A stretch of DNA of 64,000 nucleotides from a virus (IMGVR_UViG_3300042923_001771:64001-128000), one strand, 5' to 3'; counted from the stretch's first letter, positions 48,068 to 57,264 are shown. Translations and numbers: made by a program. Notes: generated from the sequence alone by a model not told the origin.

Positions 48068-49210
48068 ATGAATGAGCTAACAAAATGGAAAGTAACATCA
48101 ACAACTTATACTAAGAATATCGATGACATTGTGTCCGATATTAAAAAAGGGTATAAGGGTGTTGGTGGAATAAGACTTAAGCCTTTTTATCAACGTGATT
48201 ACAAATTTACGGTTGAGAAGGAGTCTTCAGTTATTGAATCATTATTATTGGGAATACCAATTCCTATGATTCATTTATCGTCTGACATTGCGCAAGACGT
48301 TCACATTAACAATGTAATTGATGGGCAGCATAGACTATATGCTATTTATCGTTATGTTAATGATGAATTCAGGTTGGCAAGGTTGAAGTTGGTACAAAAC
48401 ATTGAAGAATTTAAAAATGTTGATGGAAAGAAATTTTCCCAATTGCCAAAATCAATTCAAAACAAGTTGTTGTATCAAACTTCTCTGGAGTTTCAATCGA
48501 CGCATGTGCAAGATAATCCTCGATTGGAGCTTGAAATTTTTACTCGTTACAATCAAGGAACAAATCCACTTACCGAACAGGAAATTAGAACGGTCGTTTA
48601 TCATTGTCCGTTTAACGTTTGGGTATACAATGAGTTGATTCCAATGTTTATTGAGAATCCCGTGTATCAAAAGATGTACAACGCACAAGGAAAGAGATTG
48701 TCGAATAAAAAATTACACGAACAAGTGTTCATTCTATATGCAATTCATAAGTACGGGTTAATTCCACGATTTAACGATTCACCTGATTATGCTGATGAAA
48801 TCATGTTTAAGATGAGAAAGCTTAATGATGATTTTGTAGAAGACGAAAAGCAAAAGATGTTGAATTTTTTCGCTGATTTTACCGATTTGTACACGCGGGT
48901 GGCAGAAGAAATTGAAATTGAGTATCCTTGTTCTAAGGAACTTTTAGGTGAGGAACGTTCTGATAAATTTCACACCAGCATTGCTCTTGCTATGGTATCA
49001 ATTTACAATTACCTTATTGAGAATGATATACCAAGAACGGAGTCGTCAGATTTGAGAAAGATTGCCAAATCTATTGAAGTTGGTTTGATAAGAGCTAACT
49101 TCTTAAATCCAGGGCAAATTTCTTCAACCGCTTATCGGTTTCAATTGAGAGGGTTAAAGGAAGTTGTTTATGAATTGAAACAAGCCTTTAATCTTCAAGA
49201 AGTTGTTTAA
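48068..49210 (+). CDS. DUF262 (ParB/Srx-fold, GmrS-like) domain protein
   Basis: PFYQRDY, IESLLLGIPIP, VIDGQHRL, FTRYNQG; no HNH motif seen downstream. Confidence 0.75.
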   Translation: MNELTKWKVTSTTYTKNIDDIVSDIKKGYKGVGGIRLKPFYQRDYKFTVEKESSVIESLLLGIPIPMIHLSSDIAQDVHINNVIDGQHRLYAIYRYVNDEFRLARLKLVQNIEEFKNVDGKKFSQLPKSIQNKLLYQTSLEFQSTHVQDNPRLELEIFTRYNQGTNPLTEQEIRTVVYHCPFNVWVYNELIPMFIENPVYQKMYNAQGKRLSNKKLHEQVFILYAIHKYGLIPRFNDSPDYADEIMFKMRKLNDDFVEDEKQKMLNFFADFTDLYTRVAEEIEIEYPCSKELLGEERSDKFHTSIALAMVSIYNYLIENDIPRTESSDLRKIAKSIEVGLIRANFLNPGQISSTAYRFQLRGLKEVVYELKQAFNLQEVV

Positions 49211-49213
49211 TAT

Positions 49214-49249
49214 AAAAAAAGAGTAGAGAATATTCTCTACTCTTTTTTT
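49214..49249. terminator. bidirectional terminator
   Basis: A7-GAGTAGAGAA-T-ATTCTCTACTC-T7 between convergent genes. Confidence 0.8.
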
Positions 49250-49264
49250 ATACATTTCGATTCT

Positions 49265-51109
49265 TCAAATTAATTTCTCTACTCTAAATTCATCCCAAGT
49301 ACTTGGAAAGCCAGTAACAGCAGTTCCTCTATCATGGCGAATACCAACGAGAGTGTTATTTCCATACTTTGTATTTTCTGCATCTGAAAGAGTGTATTCA
49401 AGTACAAATTTCTTATCAACAAATGCTCTTATTGTTTTACCTTTGCATATAACCATTAATTCATATTCTCTTTCATCAACAAATGTTAAATCAATAGCTG
49501 TAGCTAAAACAGTTTCTGTACCTGTATCAATTTTTACAAGCTGAACTTTATCACCGTGAAAAATTCTAAGACCAAGATTATTTGGTTTGTCTAGAGCTTT
49601 GAAAACAATACCAGGACAAGCCCAAGAAGTTAACCAAGAACTTGTATTAGGATCTGCCCAATTATATTTACCAGCAACCTTTACACTAAATGAAAAATCC
49701 TTAGGATTAGATGAACCATAATCTATTAGACCCATTGCTCCATTAAATTGATCTACAGAGTATCCTTTGTTTCCAGAAATACCAAATGTACCACCACCAA
49801 CCGCTCCCCACACTTGTCCTGTATCTGCAGTCCCTTGTGTTGTTGTGCTATTAGCTCTTGTAAAAGAATCATATAATAAAGTTAAAGGATTTGAAGTTAT
49901 CACTCCACTTGCGTTAACTGACAATGAAAATCTAGTTCCAATTGGAGATGTTAAAATGACGTTTTCGGGTTTTGTTATATTCTTCCAACCAGTCTTTTCA
50001 AAATTTGATACTGAAGCGTAAAGATCATTTTCAAACATAGTAAATTGTCCTTTACTTGTTGGAAAGTCACCTATCGTCAAACTTGTAAGAGCATTTGGAT
50101 TTTGAGCCACCGAATCACCAGTATATAACCCATTAAATGGAGGAATTATAAAACCTCTATGTTGTGTTCTAGTTTGATCGTATATTGCTTTTTTAGCAGC
50201 ATCACCACTATATCCGCCAATCCATTGCATGTACCATGAATAATGTGGTTGAGCATTATATACAGTCGTTGTAGGACTATCTCCAACTTCACCAATAGCA
50301 ATAAGTTTTCCGTCTGCACCACCAGCAAGAGCCAAAATTGCATCGTAATTTATTTGAGCATATTCATAACCAACTGTATGATTTGTGTCATGATAAATAT
50401 CATAAGCTAAAACATCACACTTGTTCAAACCAACCCAAATTTTTGTTGTATCATAAATAGCAACAGGTGTATAATCACCAGGAATATGCGGAGACCAAAC
50501 CCAAATCAAATTATTTAAATTATGAAAATTAGTAAAGTAATCATACATAATATCCCATAATTTTGTAAATCCAATTTTATTTCCCCACCAAAACCAGTCT
50601 CCATTCATTTCATGAAATGGACGCCATAAAAGAGGGATATCTGCATCTCGTAATTGTTTAAGATACGGAACTATTAAATCAAAATCGCTAAGTAATTGTT
50701 TATGCATAACACTACCATTAGTAATAATGGCATCAAATTCAGTTTGTGTCGTTACTCTTTTTGTATTAGCAAAAGTTCTAGCAGAAGTTGGATATACTAT
50801 GTGATATGTTGCAGTAGAAATACATCCAAGTTTTGTATATTTAATAATTGCATTTGTTGTTAATTGAAGGTGATTATTGTAAGTTGTAAGATCTTGACTA
50901 TCCATCCATCCAAATTCAGTACCGTGAATTGCAACATTTGTATTTCCCAATGCTGCACTATTAGAAACAGAAATCATATTACCTTCTGGATTCATGATGT
51001 AATTATGCAAACCTGAAAGGGTTTTTATACCTTTAACGCTATAGAAATAGTTTAAAACTTTTTTGACTGATAGTGAAGCATTAGGATTAATGGGTTTATA
51101 ATTAGACAT
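49265..51109 (-). CDS. glycoside hydrolase family 26 domain plus phage-type linker and C-terminal beta-sandwich
   Basis: WRPFHEMNGDWFWWG (acid/base E), NNLIWVWSP, DVLAYDIY, IAIGEVG (nucleophile E). AAAGGAG RBS on the minus strand. Confidence 0.85.
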   Translation of the reverse strand: MSNYKPINPNASLSVKKVLNYFYSVKGIKTLSGLHNYIMNPEGNMISVSNSAALGNTNVAIHGTEFGWMDSQDLTTYNNHLQLTTNAIIKYTKLGCISTATYHIVYPTSARTFANTKRVTTQTEFDAIITNGSVMHKQLLSDFDLIVPYLKQLRDADIPLLWRPFHEMNGDWFWWGNKIGFTKLWDIMYDYFTNFHNLNNLIWVWSPHIPGDYTPVAIYDTTKIWVGLNKCDVLAYDIYHDTNHTVGYEYAQINYDAILALAGGADGKLIAIGEVGDSPTTTVYNAQPHYSWYMQWIGGYSGDAAKKAIYDQTRTQHRGFIIPPFNGLYTGDSVAQNPNALTSLTIGDFPTSKGQFTMFENDLYASVSNFEKTGWKNITKPENVILTSPIGTRFSLSVNASGVITSNPLTLLYDSFTRANSTTTQGTADTGQVWGAVGGGTFGISGNKGYSVDQFNGAMGLIDYGSSNPKDFSFSVKVAGKYNWADPNTSSWLTSWACPGIVFKALDKPNNLGLRIFHGDKVQLVKIDTGTETVLATAIDLTFVDEREYELMVICKGKTIRAFVDKKFVLEYTLSDAENTKYGNNTLVGIRHDRGTAVTGFPSTWDEFRVEKLI

Positions 51110-51301
51110 AATTAATCTCCTTTATTAAAGTATTTGTGTTGAAATTTTTATAATATATAAAATAATTTAAAAATTTGTAATTATAATAAAAAAATATCAG
51201 TATAAATAAAAGTCAATTTCTTAGAGTGGTAACGAAATCTGGCCTACTAAAATGAGATTATGAACAAATTAACATAAGTGTTAAAACTCATCCACTTTTT
51301 T

Positions 51302-51327
51302 CATATTATACACTGTATAATTATTAT
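51302..51327 (+). promoter_or_regulatory. 26-bp motif, copy 2
   Basis: CATATTATACAC-TGTA-TAATTATTAT. Confidence 0.7.
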
Positions 51328-51344
51328 TTAGGATGTGATAGTAG

Positions 51345-51749
51345 ATGGAATTTAAGGAGAAAGTCCAAGAGGTTAAAGATATAATGGAAGAATTTTACAT
51401 ACTACTTAGTTTGTCTCTGGGTACAGAATTGAAGTTAGGAGTTCAAGAAAATATTGGAATCAAAAACCAAGAAGATAGAGTTTTTGTTACTATCTACAAT
51501 CCTCGACATCCATATATCATGAGGGTTGGAGTATATAAAAATGAAATCGTTGTGGTTCTTGACAAAAGCAGATACAATAGTGGAATAATATTTCACTACA
51601 AATTGAGAAATTATAAGAAGGACGCGCCACCGTGTAATGAGATTGGTAAAAACATTGTTGGTTGCTGGTACGTTGTCTCCAATGAACCAGAAATGCTTAG
51701 AGATGTTATAAGTGTTATTAATAAGAGAGTGAAGGTGTATAATACATGA
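51345..51749 (+). CDS. hypothetical protein
   Basis: ORF overlaps the next gene (ATGA). Confidence 0.55.
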   Translation: MEFKEKVQEVKDIMEEFYILLSLSLGTELKLGVQENIGIKNQEDRVFVTIYNPRHPYIMRVGVYKNEIVVVLDKSRYNSGIIFHYKLRNYKKDAPPCNEIGKNIVGCWYVVSNEPEMLRDVISVINKRVKVYNT

Positions 51750-52639
51750 TTACAAATATTCATGAAGATGTAAAGATATTGCTTAATGAATTAAATATAC
51801 TTGGTCAAGCAGTTATCTTTGGTGGTTACTTGAGAGATTTGTATTTTGGTAGAGTACCAAGTGATGTTGATATTGCAACAAATGTTTCTATTGACGTGAT
51901 TGAACACAATTATGGGTATTTAGAAAAAGCATCTAGACGTAAAACTATTAGTGGACATGATGTATTTTCATTTAAGATGCACCGTACGGAAAAAATATTT
52001 GTCGAGATAGTTTGTACTAATGATAATCTATTAGATAAGGCAAAACAAGCTGATTACACAATTAATTCATTATTGTACGATGGAAAACAAATTATTGATT
52101 CTCAGGGTTGTTTCAATGATATGATGTTGGGGACGATTAGAGAAGTTGACATCAAAATCATTAATAGCGATTTAAGTACAAGACCTTATTTGTGGCTTAA
52201 GACTATCAGATTGACATCAATGCTTGGTCTTGGGTTATCTGAAAAAGTATATGCTGCATTGCAAAAACATAGAGATGTTATTAGTAAAATTAGTCCTGAG
52301 ATTATGCAGGCTGAAGGTCATAAAACTCTTAATGGCAAGGGTGTTTTGAGAGCTATTCAATATTTAGGTGCAAATGACTTTATCACAAGAGATTATGAAA
52401 GTACTGGTTATCATGAAGATAAATTTAGTGTTCAAATTCAACCTCACCAAAAACTAGTGTTGGTTGCTTTATTGACTAACAAACAAGTTGCTGACGAATA
52501 CATTAAATTTTATCATTTTCCTTTGGCTTTGAAGGAGAAATATGAAGAATTGTATGAAGCTTATCATAGTGAAGAAAAACCAGCAAATAGATTAAAACAT
52601 CAAGTAATTACCATTAAGAAAATAATAGAGAAGAGGTAA
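51746..52639 (+). CDS. class II CCA-adding/poly(A) polymerase-family nucleotidyltransferase, divergent
   Basis: Motif A FGGYLRDLYFGRVPSDVDIAT; DYTINSLLYD; LKTIRLTSMLG. Confidence 0.75.
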   Translation: MITNIHEDVKILLNELNILGQAVIFGGYLRDLYFGRVPSDVDIATNVSIDVIEHNYGYLEKASRRKTISGHDVFSFKMHRTEKIFVEIVCTNDNLLDKAKQADYTINSLLYDGKQIIDSQGCFNDMMLGTIREVDIKIINSDLSTRPYLWLKTIRLTSMLGLGLSEKVYAALQKHRDVISKISPEIMQAEGHKTLNGKGVLRAIQYLGANDFITRDYESTGYHEDKFSVQIQPHQKLVLVALLTNKQVADEYIKFYHFPLALKEKYEELYEAYHSEEKPANRLKHQVITIKKIIEKR

Positions 52640-52642
52640 ATT

Positions 52643-52933
52643 ATGATTAGATTTACTCAGACAAGATACGATATGGATCCGTTATCATTTGGAGCAAGAA
52701 TGCTGCGAGCGGGTGTTGACGGATATAAAAGCATCTCTTATGATATAGAATGGGACAATTATGTACTCTTATCTACTGCTACCCCAAAAGAAATAGAAAC
52801 TTATACTGAAAAAGAAATGCTTAGTATTTTTGAAGAATTAGAAACACTTGGAGAGAAAGAATCAAAAGAATTCATATTAAGCAGTGGAGAAGTTGTAGAA
52901 TTGTATTGGGAAATTGATTGTTTCTCAAAATAA
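52643..52933 (+). CDS. hypothetical protein
   Basis: GAGGT RBS. Confidence 0.5.
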   Translation: MIRFTQTRYDMDPLSFGARMLRAGVDGYKSISYDIEWDNYVLLSTATPKEIETYTEKEMLSIFEELETLGEKESKEFILSSGEVVELYWEIDCFSK

Positions 52934-53079
52934 GAAATAAAAATGGAGTGAGATTAATTTCTTGCTCTTTTTTATTTTGTAAGTAACAAGCTAGATTTTA
53001 GTTATACTATCAATCTCCTGGTGTATAGTTTTATTACATTGCAATTGTTGAAATTGTCAATGTAAGGAGAGTGATTTTT

Positions 53080-53996
53080 GTGCCAAATATAATCAAAGAG
53101 CGCATTTATTACGCAAACGGCATTTTAAAGCATTGTGAGGGAAACTACAGTATTTCTGCTACTGACGTAAGGTACATTAAGTTTGACAAGGGTACTTACA
53201 CAATGAAATTAGTTTGGAGTAAGGGTAAGAGAGTTTCACAATTAGTTGCAGAGCATGGAGCAGACTATGGGTTTAATTTTCCGTTTTTTTGGGATGGTAA
53301 CCCAATAGCTGATTGTAAAATTGGTAACACGATTTTAAGTCAAGGTATGATACTGTTGGTGGGGCACAGCAAACAAAATGGCATGGTTTAGCTTACAGAA
53401 ATGGTCAGCCTGAAATCGGACAATTCAGTATTAATGAAAATTTCGGTGCTGATGGATTTTTAGTAAAAACAACACCTTTACTTTTAAATGGACAAGGGTC
53501 AGAAGTGTGGGACTGGTATAGACAACAAGACGGAACTGCTACTGATATTGGTAAGGATTCTAATGGTAATTATGTACGAGCTCAAAGAACGTTTGTTGGT
53601 CTTGATGCTGCTGGTAATTTTCACCTTGCTGTTGGGGATGGAAGAACTTCTTCAGATAGAGGTCTTGACCTTCGTGAGATGGCTATGTATTTGAAAGAAA
53701 AAGGGTGTATGTGGGCATTGAATGGTGATGGTGGTGGTTCTTCTGTGATCGCAGATAAAACTGGCTCTCTTGGTCAAAATGCTGGATACAACGAAAGAGC
53801 TGTCAATCATGCAATTCTAGTTTATATTAAACAACCAGATCCGTTAAAGGAATTAAGAGATAATGCGGCAGAACTTAAAAATCAAGTATTGTATATGTCG
53901 AGCTTAATTGATGGTTCTGGTAGTGGTGTAGAACAATGGACATTAAATTATCTTAAAGAAGTATATGATATTATGAAGTCTAAAGATCTGTTGTAA
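53080..53996 (+). pseudogene. phosphodiester glycosidase (NAGPA-family) gene with a 1-nt frameshift near 53346
   Basis: Downstream frame contains QRTFVGLD...VGDGRT...GLDLREMA...ALNGDGGGSS. Restoring one T (GGT TAT) joins the two ORFs into about 305 aa. Confidence 0.7.
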
Positions 53997-54036
53997 GAAA
54001 TTTTTGGTGAATGGGTTAAAACTCATTCACTTTTTT

Positions 54037-54062
54037 TATATTATTGATTATATAATTATTAT
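54037..54062 (+). promoter_or_regulatory. 26-bp motif, degenerate copy 3
   Basis: TATATTATTGAT-TATA-TAATTATTAT after a terminator. Confidence 0.5.
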
Positions 54063-54072
54063 TTAAAAAGGA

Positions 54073-54393
54073 ATGATAGGCTTGGCGCAAAGAGTAAAGG
54101 GTGGATATAAGAACCGCATTACTGCGGAGAGAAATAAAAGTGCTGAACTTGAAGAGAAATTATCTCTTCATCAAGAGTACCAGAATGCAATTAAGGTTGA
54201 TATTGATTATCTTTCAACGCTTTTCATAGCAATTGTAGCGTCATGGATTTTTCTTCCATTTGTTATTGGACTTGATTTTTCGACTGTAGTTAAGACCTCA
54301 TTGTTTATTTTATTAGCATGGTGTTTACCTAGAATTTTTAAGACTTCAAGAATTAAAGTGCGTTTAAACGAAATGGAAGAAAACAGAAAGTGA
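54073..54393 (+). CDS. two-TM membrane protein
   Basis: LSTLFIAIVASWIFLPFVI and TSLFILLAWCLP. Confidence 0.55.
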   Translation: MIGLAQRVKGGYKNRITAERNKSAELEEKLSLHQEYQNAIKVDIDYLSTLFIAIVASWIFLPFVIGLDFSTVVKTSLFILLAWCLPRIFKTSRIKVRLNEMEENRK

Positions 54394-54407
54394 TGGTGAA
54401 GTAAAAG

Positions 54408-54833
54408 ATGAAATTTGAAATTTTAGCGTCTAAAAACAAGAAGATTAAAGAGGGTTTCTTTATTAAAATAAATAGTATGCTTGGCGATGGCGACTATTAT
54501 GATGCATTTACTATGGGCCCATTCCCTAAAGACAAAATTGAATATCTTGAAGAAGTTGTTTCCTTGCTTGAAAAAATGAGCAAGAAGAGAAATTCTGAAG
54601 ATTACGACGATATGGAAGGTTTTCAATTTTGGTTTAATGAGTGTAATATTCAAAATTATGATGAAGAAGACCCAAAGGTAAAATTTTATAGTGATATTAA
54701 ATTTAAGAGTGAAACAACTTCTAGTTGTTATGGTTGGAAGTCATATGAAGGATACAACTATGTTCTTCAAACATATGAAGTTTTTTACATCAATGCTGAT
54801 GGTTCTAAAAGTGAAGTGAAAGTAACTTATTGA
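54408..54833 (+). CDS. hypothetical protein
   Basis: GGTGA RBS. Confidence 0.55.
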   Translation: MKFEILASKNKKIKEGFFIKINSMLGDGDYYDAFTMGPFPKDKIEYLEEVVSLLEKMSKKRNSEDYDDMEGFQFWFNECNIQNYDEEDPKVKFYSDIKFKSETTSSCYGWKSYEGYNYVLQTYEVFYINADGSKSEVKVTY

Positions 54834-54834
54834 G

Positions 54835-55203
54835 GTGAATTTAGTGGATGAAATAGTACAATATTTTGTCGTTAATAGCGAATTAGAAATGTCTCCTGGT
54901 AAAATTGCTGCACAGGTTGGTCATGTGGCTACGATGATAGCTTATCATGCTGGTAGAGATTCAATAACTACACAAAGTCAAGAAACAAAGTGGTTTTCTG
55001 ATTGGTTTTATAATGACCAGAAGAAAATTGTACTTCGCGGTAAACAAAAAGAACTGGAAAATCTAATTGCAAAGGGTTTTATTTATATTAGAGATAATGG
55101 ATTAACGGAAATACCGGCTGGTTCACTTACGGTTGTAGGTCTTACTCCAATGCCTAAAGATATAGCTCAGGAATATGTAAAGAGATTACAATTATTCAAA
55201 TAA
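54835..55203 (+). CDS. peptidyl-tRNA hydrolase, Pth2 family
   Basis: VVNSELEMSPGKIAAQVGH, QKKIVL, IRDNGLTEIPAGSLTVVG. Confidence 0.88.
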   Translation: MNLVDEIVQYFVVNSELEMSPGKIAAQVGHVATMIAYHAGRDSITTQSQETKWFSDWFYNDQKKIVLRGKQKELENLIAKGFIYIRDNGLTEIPAGSLTVVGLTPMPKDIAQEYVKRLQLFK

Positions 55204-55223
55204 AAATAGTAGGATTTTTCCTA

Positions 55224-55403
55224 CTATTTTTTTATTAGTCTATAATCTAGCTTTTCTTCAATACCCATTACTATTTCTTGTTGAATTCTTCTATATATTT
55301 TTTCAAGTTGTTGTCCTGACCAACTATTAATTTTATCCGGGTCCCAAGTTGGTTTCCAATTTAATAGTTTTTCCTTCTTATATTCTTCTGTTACACCAGC
55401 CAT
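55224..55403 (-). CDS. 59-aa hypothetical protein (not in ORF track)
   Basis: AAAGAGGTGA RBS; MAGVTEEYKKEKLLNWKPTWDPDKINSWSGQQLEKIYRRIQQEIVMGIEEKLDYRLIKK*; ends at a bidirectional terminator. Confidence 0.65.
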   Translation of the reverse strand: MAGVTEEYKKEKLLNWKPTWDPDKINSWSGQQLEKIYRRIQQEIVMGIEEKLDYRLIKK

Positions 55404-55567
55404 GCTATCACCTCTTTATTATCATAAAGTAACTTAAAATTTTTATATTTAGAGTGGGTATAAACTTCCACTCTTTTTTTATTGTTTAAGTAGTTGATAA
55501 AAAAATGAGGTGCTGAAATGACTTCAGTTTCTGACTTAAAAAATATTTACAAAGTGAGGAATATTAT

Positions 55568-55831
55568 ATGAAATTGACATCGAGGTTGAAGAAAAAGAAT
55601 ATGAAAAAAGAAGCAGCATATACTATTGGTACAACGGAGGAAGACGTTTTAAGTAAATTTCCTAATGCGGAGAAAATAAGCGATTATCAGTATAGAGCTA
55701 AGCAAAATGGTATGACTTATTACATTGGTCATGATAGTGTTTTTGACTGTTGGAAAGTTTTTGGTAGAACGCAAGATGAGCCAGGAGTGTTTCAAAGATT
55801 GATGGACTTTTTCATTAGTTCAAAAAATTAA
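55568..55831 (+). CDS. small protein with MKLTSRLKK...KKEAA leader
   Basis: GTGAGG RBS. Confidence 0.55.
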   Translation: MKLTSRLKKKNMKKEAAYTIGTTEEDVLSKFPNAEKISDYQYRAKQNGMTYYIGHDSVFDCWKVFGRTQDEPGVFQRLMDFFISSKN

Positions 55832-55923
55832 TTAGAATGATTAAATTAGAAGAAGTCAGTTAAAAACGCTGGCTTCTTTTTTTAATATAATCTTATATTT
55901 ACAAAAAGGAGACAGAGAAATAA

Positions 55924-56214
55924 ATGTTTGAAAACATTCAATGGGACAATTTTGAAGTAACTTACAATGAATTCAATATTGATAGAAAAAAACCACTTAA
56001 TGAGCAATTAGATGAATTAAAAGAAGATATGTTGCAAGCTGAATTTGGAGACTATATTATTGATATTGGTTATAGTTCAGATTTTGAGGAAGATGGCTAT
56101 TTCACAGTTAGCTTGATTAAAAATAAAGACTGGTTAGATCCGTTTATGCAAAAACGTACTAAAGATTTGAAGCAATTAGAGAAAATTGTACAAGATTTCG
56201 TTTACATGGTTTAA
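55924..56214 (+). CDS. small acidic protein, possibly immunity-like
   Basis: LKEDMLQ...IIDIGY...GYFTVSLIKNKDW..P; AAGGAG RBS. Confidence 0.5.
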   Translation: MFENIQWDNFEVTYNEFNIDRKKPLNEQLDELKEDMLQAEFGDYIIDIGYSSDFEEDGYFTVSLIKNKDWLDPFMQKRTKDLKQLEKIVQDFVYMV

Positions 56215-56427
56215 GTCATGAACAACTACATTATCTATTTTTATGATAAATATAGTATAGTTGATAGTTTTAAATTCACAACATATGATGATTTTTCAGC
56301 AATTAAAAAAGCTGAGAGAGTATTTTCTATGATTGCATATACAAAAGCTGGTCTCTATAGGGGTTCAAAACAAATTAAACGTTTTGATTAAGAGTGGATA
56401 TTTATTCCACTCTTTTTTAAATTTTTG

Positions 56428-56456
56428 TTTACAAAAACAAGCATATGTGATATAAT
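56428..56456 (+). promoter_or_regulatory. sigmaA-type promoter with extended -10
   Basis: TTTACA, 17-bp spacer, TG-A-TATAAT. Confidence 0.75.
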
Positions 56457-56466
56457 ATTAATATAG

Positions 56467-56850
56467 GTGGTGGAAAAAATGATCTATACCCTTCTTAACA
56501 GTGATACATACTTTAAACTCCCATACAATATTGAGAAAGAGTTTGAGGAAGAAATGGACGCAATCATTACAATGCTAGAACTTTCCGGCTTAGAATATTC
56601 TTATGGTCTTTGTGAAAGACAAAACGTTGGTAAAAATTGCGCTTGCGATGGACATATTATGGTTGAAAATGGAAGTCAAATTTGTTTCTTTGTTAATTAC
56701 ACTGGTTTTTTAGAAAAGATGCAAGTATTTAGAGACTACGATTTAGCAAAACAATATTATATGGGCAATTTTATGGAAGCAATTCATGATTTTAAAAAAG
56801 CTACTTGGGAGGCAAGAGATGGAATTGCAATCACTTATAATCAATCGTAG
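56467..56850 (+). CDS. hypothetical protein
   Basis: AGGTGG RBS; start GTG 56467 or ATG 56479. Confidence 0.55.
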   Translation: MVEKMIYTLLNSDTYFKLPYNIEKEFEEEMDAIITMLELSGLEYSYGLCERQNVGKNCACDGHIMVENGSQICFFVNYTGFLEKMQVFRDYDLAKQYYMGNFMEAIHDFKKATWEARDGIAITYNQS

Positions 56851-57250
56851 AGAAAGGTGTGATGAAGTATTTGAATATTTTGATGGAATAGTTGTGGCTA
56901 GAGAATTAGCTGGCAATAGGAGATATAAGTTGATATGTGCTCACAACACAGTTAATGAACCATGTTCTAGAGTAATGTACAATATGTTTGCAATTACATT
57001 TAGTGGCTGGGATAACAATTTAGTTTTCCGTTCTTGCTTAGATAGATATGAACTAAAAGTCTCTATCAAGGTTAAATTATCAGACTCTAACACTCGTAAT
57101 AAATTCAAAGGTATTTTTAAACAATATGGATATGATTATGATTGCAAACCATACGCTACAAGTCTTACCTACAGGATTAGATTTAAAGATGATTTTAAAC
57201 TTGAAGAACTTACTTTTATATGCAGGTTTTTCTTACAATATATGAAATAG
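56786..57250 (+). CDS. hypothetical protein (start uncertain)
   Basis: Open frame with protein-like composition from about 56867. Confidence 0.45.
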   Translation: MILKKLLGRQEMELQSLIINRRERCDEVFEYFDGIVVARELAGNRRYKLICAHNTVNEPCSRVMYNMFAITFSGWDNNLVFRSCLDRYELKVSIKVKLSDSNTRNKFKGIFKQYGYDYDCKPYATSLTYRIRFKDDFKLEELTFICRFFLQYMK

Positions 57251-57264
57251 GAGATGTAATCTAA

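Noticed and set aside
53281-53295. T7 run as a programmed frameshift or phase-variation site for the NAGPA gene
   Set aside because: The -1 frame from this run hits TAA within a few codons; the real break is about 55 nt further downstream.
54073-54393. Holin call for the two-TM protein next to the NAGPA-family gene
   Set aside because: A terminator and separate promoter motif lie between them, and no endolysin was recognised nearby; TM content alone is insufficient.
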